Shown here piece by piece: positions 11,601 through 33,757 of a stretch of DNA of 64,000 bases (its first letter is position 1; each line of letters begins with the position of its first letter). A program made the position numbers and the translations under genes. The stretch comes from Asterias rubens (Eukaryota). A model generated the notes under the pieces. It did not search any database. It was not told the origin of the DNA and saw nothing but the letters and a program-made list of their open reading frames with translations. The stretch covers positions 9,982,001-10,046,000 of the forward strand of contig NC_047074.1 of the NCBI RefSeq assembly GCF_902459465.1. Direction: 5' to 3'.

Positions 11601-14600
11601 CTTGTTGAACCAATTGTGTTGTTGAGGGCTATTCCTGACAACATAATTAACTTACGAAACACAATCAGACATCAGTGACACAATCCTTCAATCCTTTGAG
11701 CTTGAATGTTACTATATTACGCTAGCGACACACAATGTCTTAAGAATCTTGAGAATGAAAAATTTGTCACGAATGGTGTGTATTTGCAACTATTTGAGGT
11801 ACGACTAGTCAAGATGCAATGCATCTTGAGAATTAGAAATTAGTTGCGACTAGTGTGCTAGTCACAACTATTTGAGGCGCGACTAGTCAAGATCAATGCA
11901 TCTTGAGAATTAGAAATTAGTTGCGACTAGTGTGCTAGTCACAACTATTTGAGGCGCGACTAGTCGAATAGTAAATTTCAGTAATAGCCCAGGCCTAGTT
12001 GCTCCCATTTTTAACTTTCAAACACTCCATAATGACAGTGGATGATGATTTTCTCCTGAAATGATGATCAAACTAAACAATTTCTTTGTTTTTTGTTTTC
12101 TCCTAATGTAGCTGCTGAAGAAACCAGAGGGAGACAAGTCTAACAGAAGGAGAGATGAACCCACAGCTAGTTCCAAGATGGATGACAGGGGGAAGGAGAG
12201 AGACCGAAGGGGAAGAGTTGATGCTGTCCAGAATAAAGGGCGGTCCGATGATAGGTAAAGAGCTAAAGCGTTAAAGACAGTGTACACTATTGGTAATTGT
12301 CCAAGACTAGTCTTCTCACTTGGTGTATCTCAACATATGCATAAAATAACAAACCTGTGAAAATTTGAGCTCAATTGATCATCGAAATTGCGAGATAACG
12401 GTGAAAGAAAAAAGCACCCTTGTCACACGAAAATGTGTGCTTTCAGATGCAAGTCGATTTCGAGACCTCATCTATTTTCTGAGGTCTTGAAATCAAATTC
12501 GTGGAAAACTACTTCTTTCTCAAAAACTACGTAACTTTAGAGGGAGCCGTTTCTCACAATGTTTTTTACTATCAACCTCTCTCCATTACTCGTTACCAAG
12601 TAAGGTTTAGTGCTAATAAATATTATGAGTAATTACCAATAGTGTCCACTGCCTTTAAGATATAACAAATAGATCTTCTCCAATGTGATATGTAAATTGC
12701 ACATAGCGCTTGAGCTCTAACATTTTGGTTGGCAAAATGAGGAAACGCCGCACTGTTTTGTAAATAGCTAATGGCTGCGTGACGCGATCGTGCATCTGCT
12801 GAATGCACATCTCTACTCCGTAAGCCAACCAATAGGGTCTGTATTCATGAGTGAATGTATTGGCAATATTTCTTCAGAAAGGTCTATTGTTGGGAAGGGT
12901 TGCAATTGAAAAACTCATTTCAACTTGACCTTTTTTCAACTACAGTTTTACCTTTTTTTCACACTTTTCAACAAAGAGGATATTTTTAGATGGAAATAAA
13001 AGAGTATTGACTATTGACTTACTTGGCTGTTAATAACCTTGCGATAAAGGACGTCGTCTTTAGTTCGTTTCTGCATCCCAAGGACATGAACCTGCTACTT
13101 TTAAAAGGCCTGTAAGACCTTGTTGCCAATTTATTACTCCCTAATAAACTAGCAATTAAAGACCGTGTCGTACTGAGCTGACAAAATTAATGTTCCTTTG
13201 ATTTTTTGTCTGCATTCTCAGAAAAGAAAGAGACTTCAAGTCAACATCCAAAGATTCCCGCACAGGGTCTCAGAGGGATGCTGAGGAGAGAGATAAGTCC
13301 AGACAGAAAGATCGGGACTGGGAACACGAACGGCGAGACAGAGATCAACACAGAGACAAAGAACGGGAGAGGAACAAAGATAGAGATAGACAGCGCGATA
13401 GAGACAGAGACAGACATGCTGACAGAGGGGCTGACAAACACCGTGACAAAAGGCACGATCAGGAGACCAAAGTAGCCCCTGAGAGACGCAATAAAGGTAG
13501 GTGGCCCTCAACTAATAAGAGGCTGATGAGACCAAAAGAAAGTGTTTTTGAGAAGATACCAATTAAGGACCTCCACAGCTGCCAATTTTGATTGCCACAC
13601 TCGAAACTAACCCTGATTTAAGTGTGTGTGAAAAAAAAAAAACCTTAAAAGTAACCAACTAAAACCAGACAAACGATAAAATGTTTGCACCTAGATCTAG
13701 AGTCTACACAATAGCTTACTAGCCCAGGGGTCGATTTCACAAAGAGTTAGGACCTAGGAGATATACAAAACGTGTGGCTGGTCCTAAGTTTGGACGAGTA
13801 ACTTGTCCTAACTCGAGATAAGACTAGTCTTAACTCTTTGTGAAATCCACCCCTGGGCTTAAATCTCTGGCATGTGGTCAAGTGATTATTTCGTTCTCTG
13901 CTACATGCATTCATCAGAAGTGTTTGTTTAACTTGACCTAGATTCCGACTCAAGGGGACAATCCCAGCGAGAGGATCGACGTGACGGCGGCCGCCGAGAC
14001 TCGTACAAAGAGAAGCCTCCGAGGCAATCTCAGGGGAAGGAAGGCGAACGTGACAGGAGAGATGTCGAGTCATCTCGCAGGAACAGCACCAGCGACAAAA
14101 GACCCGACAGGAGCGAGGGCCAGTCGAGGACAACCGGGCAGGGCAGTAGAGAGGGGCCTAGTAAGAAGGAAGAGAGGGACATGGGGGCTAGGGCCGACAG
14201 GAAACCAAGAAGTGACTCTCATGAGGAGCACTCGGAGAGGTCGGCAAAATCTGGCCGTGGGAGGGACAGGTCTGACCGTGAGCGTGACCGTGTCCGCAAT
14301 AAGGTAAAACTTCCCTTTAGGAATGTATGAAAATACAGGCACATTATTTTGTTGTAAGTTTAAACCAATGTCTTGTAAATATTGTATTTTTGTTTTTTTC
14401 ATTTAAGACTCTTAGCTTTTATTACAATACTGATTGTATACTAATTTAGGGTTTTACCCTTAAATCGATGTGTGTTAGCACTGTATACTCAGTACTTTCC
14501 TGAGTAGAGCTCTGTGAACAAAATCACAGGTGTATTAATGTAGGATTCAAACTGCCGCCAGCTATCGAGCAATCTCGGTGGTCTACTTGGTAAGACATCT

Positions 14601-15564
14601 GCTCTAGAATTGCAAAGGTCGTGGGTTCGAATCCCACCTGAGTGATATGCCTGTGATTTTTCACTGAACTCGGGATAGTACTGTGTATATAGTGCTAACA
14701 CACATCGGTGTATTATGGGTAAACCAAAGTTAATATTCTTGTAATATTCATGATGAAAATTTGACATCTATTTGTTGATCTTGATATCTGTTTACTTGAT
14801 AGGACCGACCAGCCATGGCCCTCTATCAACCAGGCAACAGGGGAGTAGGTTCTAAGGAGCAAGACGACAAGGAGGTCGGAAGCAAGTCAAAAGATGAAAG
14901 GTCAAGCCCTGTCGACTCCCTGCCTGAGAAGCCAAAGTCAGGGGAGGACAGACGAGAAGGGCGAAGAGATAGTAAAGACTCCAGTCAGGGGAAAGGTGGC
15001 TCAACTCCAAGACCTTCCCAAGGAGGAAAAGATGATCAACGCAGCAATGATAGAAATAGAAAAGACGGGCGTGGGCCTAAGGATGGCGACCACAAAGGCT
15101 CGAGGCAACATGGAGGGAGGGACGACCGGCCAAGAGAGGGCGACAGACGGGGAGACAGAGGGGGTGATAAACCCAGGAGTAGTGGAAGCAATGATTCGTC
15201 GCGCAGCGGAACCAGCGAGAGACAACGAGGGGGTCAAACTCCCCGAGACAGACCCGGCGATAGACCCAAGGGAAGTGATGGACGAGGAACTACACCGAGG
15301 GATGTTAATAGGCGATCCTATGATAGGCCTAGAGACAGGGGAGGTGATAGACCGAGGGGTGGTACTAACGATAGACCGCGTGACAGGGGTGCTACCAAAG
15401 GGCCTACTAGGCAGCCGGAGAGGGATCAGGGTAGGGGTAAGCCCGGGGTACACTCTGGAGGAGATAAGACTGGGAGTGATAAGGGGAAAGAGAAAGGCAG
15501 CGACAGACCGGGAGATAAAGGAAGTAGTGATGGGAAGAGTGGGGCAGCAGACAGCTCAAAGTAG
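5690..15564 (+). CDS. UPF3: Regulator of nonsense transcripts 3 (UPF3), 5'-partial. Exons 5690-5796, 6526-6632, 7628-7726, 8944-9051, 10588-10643, 10820-10993, 12112-12254, 13222-13496, 13942-14303, 14803-15564
   Basis: The spliced translation gives VIIRCLPPTLSE...FSRAYINF...FRDRWDGYLF...EYPAVVEFSPYQKVP (UPF3 RRM-like domain), TPLLTFIKNK, a charged coiled coil, KLLKKPEG and RNKDRPAMALYQPG (EJC-binding motif). All junctions are GT-AG with consistent phases. The start exon lies upstream of the window. Confidence 0.95.
5828..6012. mobile_element. Palindromic MITE-like repeat, GTCGATTTCAC...GTGAAATCG family (also ~7392-7562, 13727-13857, ~26405-26540)
   Basis: Inverted termini and a shared TTAGGA/TCCTAA-rich core recur in four places. 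Confidence 0.7.
6075..6450 (-). mobile_element. 3' fragment of a non-LTR retrotransposon (CR1/L2-like ORF2 end)
   Basis: Minus-strand YKYSFYRRTIRIWNRL resembles the LINE ORF2 C-terminal SFF.RT...WN.L motif. It is followed by a short (TCAAGTA)n tail. Confidence 0.65.
7763..8125. mobile_element. Kolobok-like MITE family 2 (second copy 21704-22076)
   Basis: TTAA|AGGAACACATTGCCTTGGATCGG...CCGATCCAAGGCAACATGTTCCT|TTAA. TTAA TSD with RR termini. Confidence 0.75.
8416..8794. mobile_element. Kolobok-like MITE family 1 (~350-380 bp), the most abundant repeat in the window
   Basis: TTAA|AGGCAGTGGACAC...GTGTCCA(C/G)TG(C/T)CT|TTAA with a shared body. Other full or partial copies at ~6659-7063, 11127-11463, 12275-12654, ~15640-15995, 16205-16303, 16308-16656, ~18790-19185, 20319-20679, 23347-23721, ~28955-29325, ~30880-31150, ~31470-31775, and fragments at ~43330-43575, ~55110-55352, ~59415-59660. 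Confidence 0.85.
8800..8900 (-). mobile_element. tRNA-derived SINE 5' fragment
   Basis: The reverse complement GGCCAAGTGGATAAGAACATCGGAC...GTGGGTTTTAATTCGGGTCATGACACTTGTGTC has degenerate A and B boxes and a deuterostome-SINE-like head. Confidence 0.55.
9555..10400 (+). mobile_element. Possible decayed L1/Tx1-like LINE 3' end
   Basis: A stop-riddled + frame contains CKNCPFES and ends ...VLKIW, then a T-rich tract, as in Tx1/L1 ORF2 C-termini. Very degenerate. Confidence 0.3.
11789..11965. repeat. ~76-bp tandem duplication (about 2.3 units) in a UPF3 intron
   Basis: ACTATTTGAGG(T/C)(A/G)CGACTAGTCAAGAT...GTGCTAGTCACA is repeated. Confidence 0.85.
14444..14740 (+). mobile_element. tRNA-core SINE-like element with an inverted copy of its own tail at the 5' side
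   Basis: tRNA-like core (~14573-14645: CTCGGTGGTCTACTTGGTAAGAC...GTGGGTTCGAATCCCAC) bracketed by the tail GTGCTAACACACATCGGTGTA and its reverse complement. Confidence 0.75.
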
Positions 15565-17412
15565 ATTGATATGTAGTATAGAGAGGTTTAAGTTTCAAGT
15601 CTTTTAAGTATTATTTGGTTTATGGAACCGTTCGATTGTTTTAAAGACGCTGAACATTTTTGAAAATTGTCAAAGACCAGTCTTCTCACTTGGTGTATCT
15701 GAGCATATACCAAAAACAGCAACCTGTGAAAATTTGAACTCAATTGGTCGTTGAAGTTGCGAGATAATAATTTCTAACTAAAGTATTGAATTGATTTCCG
15801 CTGAAGTGTAGAAATCAAGCATCTGAAAGCACACAGCTTGTGCGACAAGGGTTTTTTTTTTTCTTTCATTATTCTCTCGCAATTTCGACGACCAAATGAT
15901 TTAAAATGTTCACAGGTTTGTTATTTTATGCATATGTTGAGATACACTTAGTGAGAAGACTGGTCCTTGAGAATTACCAAAGGTGTCCAGTGCCTTTCAG
16001 ATGGCTCAGATTTTGAATTTATTTATACCAATATTTGATTGGTAACCCTCCTACCCTTGATAATAAATTTAATGAACCATTTGAAACCATTCATTTGCAA
16101 GAGTTGCGTATGGTTGCAGTCCGTGACACAACTGTGCACTGTACTAAACTGTGCACATTTATTATGTGCTCTGTGGAGATGCAACCACCTCATGACATCT
16201 TTAAGGGCAGTGGACACTACTGGTAATTACTCAAAATAATTAAAATAATTATTAGAGAGAAGACTGGTCTTTGACAATTACCAATAGTGTCCTGCCAGTG
16301 TCTTTAAAGGCAGTGGACACTATTGGTAATCACTCAAAATAATTATTAACATAAAACCTTTCTTGGTGATTAGTAATGGGGAGAGGTTGATGGTATAAAA
16401 CATGGTGAGAAATGGCTCCCTCTGAAGTGCCATAGTTTTCGAGAGAGAAGTAATTTTCCACAAATTTGATTTTGAAATCAACTATCTAAACGCACACAAC
16501 TTCGTGTGCCAACGGTATTTTTGTTTTCATTATTATCTCGGAAGTTTGATGACCGATTGAGCTAAAATTTTCACAGGTTTGTTATTTTATGCATATGTTG
16601 AGATACAACAAGTGAAAAGACTGGTCTTTGACAATTACCAATAGTGTCCACTGCCTTTAACTTGTTACTTTGTACATTTTAGTTGAATACTGCTGCTAGA
16701 TTGCATTGACTAGTAATTTTAAAAAGACAGATTGACTTCACAATATTTTATCAACTCATTTCCCATCCAACTTGTTAAACTCTCTGACAGTCAAAGTTTA
16801 TTCATTTGGGAAAGTTTGAAAGAAACGTTTTTTAAAAAATAAAGGTTAAAACCCCCCAAATGTTCACTCAGTGTGCGAGTTCTTGCAGCTTGTTTGTAAA
16901 TTTTTGTTGAATAGATTTGTTCTTATTTTAAGATGTCTTTGTTTTTTAATTGTAAGACGATTTTTCTTTGTTTTACCTTAACATTTTGCATTTTTTTCCT
17001 GTTTAAAAAATCTAGAAGCAAATACAGTGGTAAAAGTACATGGTTTGTCAACCAAAAATGGCAACAGAAGCAATTATGCAACAAATTAACTGCCATGTAG
17101 CAATTCTTTTGTTTTTGTTTTTACTTTATATAATCAGTGATTTCATTGGATAAGTGTTTTGATTGGTGTGAGGTCACCTTTGGCAGCTGCACTTCCCGGT
17201 CGTCTGCATATCAATGTAGGTGAAAGGTGAAGATGGACGGGGATTGACCATGGATTGACCTAATAGAGGCCACTCTCTGACGTAATTCACGAACCTCGAA
17301 GTGTGACGTCAATGAGCGGCGCTTTTGTTTGTGTATAAGACAGCCGTATATAGACAGCGCAGTGTAGAATGAATCGGAGGGACTGGGCCAGTCTACCAAG
17401 CTGGATAAATCT

Positions 17413-17684
17413 GGGTGCGTTCGATTAGCTTCCCTGGGTTTACCCCGCGGTGCTCACTCGGGTGAGCCCCTGACAAGGTGAGCCCCTGACAAGAGCTAAA
17501 CGAACGATCACTCACCGCTCTCGTAATGACATCGTGCACCTGGGGCCAGCCCCTAAAGTGACCCACTCTACAAGCATGCCGTGCACTTGGGGCTGACCCG
17601 GATGAGCCATTGGAATGACGTCAAAGCTACTCGAACGCACCGGGCAGACCGGGGTCGACCCAGGAAAGCTAGACGTACGCACCC
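17413..17684. mobile_element. GC-rich MITE-like element with ~28-bp TIRs
   Basis: GGGTGCGTTCGATTAGCTTCCCTGGGT...GACCCAGGAAAGCTAGACGTACGCACCC are imperfect inverted repeats. Confidence 0.7.
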
Positions 17685-17784
17685 GTTATCACTATGCATC
17701 AACCTTGTTCCCAGTGGCGAACGATCGCGTCGCGCCCTTTTTTCTTTCTTAGAATTCCTGTGGTGGTCGTATGAGTTATATTAA

Positions 17785-17826
17785 ACAAAACAAAACAAAA
17801 CAAAACAAAACAAAACAAAACAAAAC
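17785..17826. repeat. (AAAAC)n pentanucleotide microsatellite
   Basis: About 8 units, seen directly. Confidence 0.95.
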
Positions 17827-18644
17827 GAAAGCAAAATTTAACTAAAATCGAAGTGTAATCTTTTATTTACCAATTACATGTGATATCACTAATGTACTAC
17901 ACTCGTTTTAATAACTACTGCAGAATACAAACCATTATCGGTAGACTTTACTAATGATCCGTTAACTGCACACTCGGCCCTTTTGAGAGCAATGTAGTCA
18001 AAGGTCCCTTGATAAATTGTAGCAAAGTTGTACTTCACAAAATGCACCTCGGTCGTTAATAGAAGAGACAACAATGTTGTATAAGGTCCCTAGTAACATA
18101 TTTTCCAACATTGCTACCAGACCTGTTTTGACCACTTCGGCAGTTATTTTTGCAGATAGGTTATTCAAAACACAACTATATAGCATTTGAAGTTGTGGTT
18201 TGTGCTTAATAACACATATTTGTGTTGTTAAAGGCTTGGGCAGGGGTACTCGCGAAGTGTTTCACCCCTTTTTCAACTGAAAGTCCTCGTGTTATATGGA
18301 ACCGAAAACACTTTACACAATTTTAACCATTGTCAGCATAGCGACGTAAAGCATTATTTAAAAACTTGGGGACCCCCCCCCCCCGCTTTCTCACCCCTGA
18401 ATGTAGTGTACTCTGGTCTATACCTACACAATTTCGGAAACTTGTTTATTGTGACAACATACATTTTAGGTGAAACTTCTCGACATCTTAATAGCGGATC
18501 AAACCCTTATAATGTCCAAAGCCTTTGGCTTGGAAAGCTTCATGGAAGGAGAGACCACACCCCGAGTGTGGCGCAGGCTTCGCCGCTCGACTCGCGCACG
18601 TAGTCTCACCTTCCAGTCGCTTGGGATCGCGGCTTTTCATACTC

Positions 18645-29463
<10,819 letters not shown>

Positions 29464-31988
29464 CTTTGGTGAAAATTGTTTTAGACGTGGAAAGCTGGAA
29501 ACGCTTTCAGAACTCTGACTGGTCTAAAGGGTGTTGTTCTGTCCGAGTGACAAGAGCTCAATAATGAGCGTTGTATTGATATACGCCTGGTGTTGGTTTT
29601 AAAGGGGAGGTTGTGTATGCATAAGTATGGATAAATGAACTTAGAAAATATAGAGGCATTGCTTCGCAACAGACATGCAGCACTGGGCCCAATTTCATAG
29701 ACCTAATAAGCGAACATGCTTAACATTTTTTTTCCTAAGCAGAAATGAGTAGGATACCAGTCATAAATTATGCACATGACAGTTTGGCTGGTAACCTTAA
29801 TCTAGTAAGCACAATTATTTTGTTGTGCTTAGATACTTTTTGTGCCTAAACAGCTTTTTGAAATTGGGCCTAATTTAGAGTGAAAAGGATAAGTGGTGAT
29901 GAGGCTTTCCTACTGCAGACGAGTAAAATAGGCTGATATGTTAATCACTCGTAAAATGAATGACACGAAACATTTTTAGGCCAGAAGCCTAAACACCAGC
30001 TTTCGATAATATCCTAAAGAGTTGAGAACAAAAACCCACTTCACTCCGAAGAAATAAGGTTACTAGTAAAAAAATTAGCTTTTTAAGGTCAACAATTTAA
30101 ATCTGAGAAACTGTAGTAATAATGCTTCTCATGTTTTGTATTCCCTTTTTAGGAATTATTTGTCCTGTGATGTCAATGTGGGAACTTTTGGAGGGGGCAC
30201 CAAGTGGTCTTTGCCTTGGTGCCGATTCTGAAGTTCCACATTGACAATAATATTTTGAAAATGGCCTTGCTCCTTAAAAGCATCCGCACAATATTGGTAA
30301 ACACTTTTGTCCATAGGCCCACACTTCGTGTATCACAACTTATGTATAAAATAACAAACCTGTGAAAATTTAGGCTCAATCGGGCATCGGAGTTGGGATA
30401 ATACAACGGGAAAACCCTACCTTGTTTCCGCTCGTTTTCTCAAAAAATAAAGCATTTCATGGAATTATATTTTAAGGGAAGTCTTATACCATGACCTTTT
30501 ATAAACCCTGTGATGTGTAAATCTGTGAATTTTAATTTTTGTTCTGTTCAGAATGTGTCCAATGGCTTTAAAGATGAAATTTCAGGTCTGCAGTTTCATC
30601 CAAAAACCACCTTCTCTTTAATGCACTGTGATTGCGCACAAAATACATTGTATTGTGCATGGCGTGTATTCAATTTGCACCGTCATGGTAAATGCTGACC
30701 TGTATTATGCACTTGGTTGGTAGTTGTTGACCCTGGTATGAAGTCCGTTTTGATAGAACACCGAGTGTTTGGCCCGCCGATTTGTGTGATTACTGGAACC
30801 CCATTGAGATTTTTAATCTAAAAACTATCTGGGGCCCAATTTCATGGCTCTGCTTAGATACCAGCGAATTCGTTTAAAAGGCAGCGGACACTATTGATAA
30901 TTACTCAAAACAACTGTTGGCATAGAAGCTTACTTGGTTACAAGCAATGGAGAGCTGTTGATAGTATAAAACATTGTGAGAAACGGCTCCCTCTGAAGTA
31001 ACGTAGTTTTCGAGAAAGAAGTATTTTTCAACGAATTTGATTTCGAGACCTCAGAATTAGACTTTGAGGTCCCGAAATCAAGCATCTGAATTAAAACACA
31101 ACCTTCGTGTGACATGGTTGTTTTTCTTTCATTATTATCTCGCTAATAGTAACAACAGTGAGTAGAAACGACTCCCTCTGAAGTTATGTAGTTTTTTTTA
31201 GAGTGAGGTGTTTACCAATAACACAATATTTGAATCTGACAAAAACTTCAGGCCTGAAGCTTATTCTAAGAAAGCTAGCTGAAAGCACACTAATTTGTGC
31301 AACAAGTTTTTTTTGTCTTTCTTCTCGAAACTTCGATGAACAATAATTTAGCATTTTTTGTTCACAGAGTTGTTATGTTAAACATAATTATGTCGGGATA
31401 CACCAAACGAGAACACTGCATGGTATTTGACAATTAACAAACATCTCCAGGGGTGGATTTCACATCCTGTCAAAGCCAGTGTACACTATTGGTAAATGTC
31501 AAAGACCAGTCTTCTCACTTGGTGTACCTCCACATATGCATAAAATAACAAACCTGTGAAAATTTGAGCTCGATTGGTCATCGGAGTTGCGAGATAACTA
31601 TGAAAGAAAAAAACACCATTGTCACACGAAGTTGTGTTCGTTTAGATGGTTGATTTCGAAACCTCAAATTCTAAACTTGACGTCTCGAAATCAAATTCGT
31701 GAAAAGTTACTCCTTTCTCGAAAACTATTCCACTTCAGAGGGAGCCGTTTCTCACAATGTTACCAACCTCTCCCCATTACTTATTACTCAGGAGGAGGGG
31801 GTGGGGTGGTGATGCTTTGATTGTTTTGCTCCGAAATCCATATTATGCTGTTTCAACTTACAGTGTTCGGCAATCTTCACAAGTTCACACCTTGCTCGTA
31901 GTCATCAGTGATAAGTTAAATACACAAGACGATAATTATTATAAGTGTCACCGTACTTTTACAAGATCCATGTGAAATCGAAATAGTA

Positions 31989-33085
31989 AACTGCTCACAA
32001 AAAGTAAGGAAACTTTTTTCAATCCAGTATATTTGTTATTATTTAAGAATCTCTTTGTATATGGTATATATCAATACAAAGCTGAACTGTTCCTCTTTAA
32101 AATAATACCACATTTGCAATGACTACATGTTGCTGAACTTGGCTACACGAATAACAATGAGGCAAAGTCACAAATCAAATGTGCCAAAATTACCGTTGTC
32201 TGTGCTAAATGGTCAATAGGTAATGCTCAATAATCAAACCGATCAAGCTTTTCAGAACCATTAATGGTTTACACAAAGATTTGCACCAGTGAGCTCATCA
32301 GACACAATTAACCCTCATCTCTTAAAAAACACCTTGTTTGATTGGTATTTGCAAGACGATATTCTACAGCCGATTACAGTCCCATACTTGCAGACTCTTG
32401 GACCAAAATGCCATCTTTCGAGATGACAACGCTCGCCCCCATCGAGCCCGACTGGTGACTGACTACCTGAACAATGTTGGGGTGCACCGGATGGATTGGC
32501 CCGCTACCAGTCAAGACCTGAATCCCATGGAACATCTGTGGGACCAGCTTGGCCTCGCTGTCCGCGCCAGAACCACCAACACATCAACTGTGGCTGACCT
32601 ACCAGGTTCCTTAATGCAGAATGGAACGCCATCCCCCATCATCAGCGCATCACAAGACTTGTGTGCAGCATGAGAAGAAGGTGCCATGCTTTCATCAACG
32701 CCTTCGGATCATCCACTCGTTACTGAACTTTTTGTATCAAAAAAGTGCATTAAGATCAGTAAGTTGTCTTGCTCTACACCAAACTTCTTGTCTCAATAAA
32801 GTGGATTAAGATCAGTAAGTTGTCTTGCTTGTTTGAATTACAGTGTCAATTTGATTGTTCACACGGTAACACAAAATTGCTAATTTTTGGCACATTTGAT
32901 TTGTGACTTTGTCTCATTCTCATTAACGTGGTCAAGTCCAGCAACATGTAATCATTGCAATTGTGGTATCATTTTGAAGAGGAACAGTTCAGCTTTGCAA
33001 TGATATATACCATATACAAAGAGAGTATTAAATAATAACAAATATACTGGATTGAAAAAAGTTTCCTTACTTTTTGTGAGCAGTT
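31989..33085 (+). mobile_element. Internally deleted Tc1/mariner element with ~200-bp TIRs
   Basis: TA|AACTGCTCACAAAAAGTAAGG...CCTTACTTTTTGTGAGCAGTT|TA. The remnant ORF 32338-32673 has DDNARPH...WPATSQDLNPMEHLWD (Tc1 DDE C-terminal motifs). The paralogous empty site is visible at ~46050. Confidence 0.92.
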
Positions 33086-33269
33086 TAATAGCCAACTCCG
33101 CTTGATGTTTAATGAGAGACGGGTTTGGCGCTCCATACTTCGTTGTCTGCAGGCGGCTACTGTGTCTGTTGGATATCTGTCCAGGGTGTGGCCGAAGAGA
33201 CAGCGAGATACGAAGTGACCAGTAGACTCATCTACTGTCAGGCCACAGACGTTACACAATCATAGTGGA

Positions 33270-33757
33270 TTAGCCACATGTGGCTTGACGAGGACGCTCA
33301 CAGACGACGAACATCCTGATTTGTGAATGCACATCACCCCAACAGCCAAGTACGTCTGGATTCTTACTCGCACTGTATAAACGGGTTATCATGAAGCCGC
33401 AATCATCATCACTTGGCCACTTCTCATCATCTGGTTGGTCTGGCTCCCACTTCCGATATTCAGTCGGATGTTTACCGTCCTCGTTGCAGTTCCATTTACC
33501 TTCAACTTCAGCATCATTACAATTGATCCAAACACGGAAAGAATCTCCATGGTGCTGAAATGAAGTAAATATGAATATATGAATTTATTCTCCCAATCTG
33601 AGCTCGGGGCCATTAAAGATGCGTTGTTACGATCACACTGCATCACGGCAGTAGACCAGTCGCCCTCAATGGATCCATCCAGACCCAAGTAGCAAGACAC
33701 ACCCTTGATTACCATGATGATAACAGATATAGCAACAACTGCTGTAGAAATCATCAT
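33270..33757 (-). pseudogene. C-type lectin copy 1 (A-type), pseudogene
   Basis: Lacks the FAARGCPYGWVPYAE segment (~45-48 bp deletion) and has an 8-bp duplication (ATGAATATATGAAT) that shifts the frame. The downstream frame still reads VWINCND...WEPDQPDD...VCERPRQATCG*. Confidence 0.9.

Noticed and set aside
14894-15607. Long alternative-frame and antisense ORFs over UPF3 exons (also 13206-13511, 13747-14402)
   Set aside because: They are shadows of low-complexity purine-rich coding sequence, with no independent motifs.
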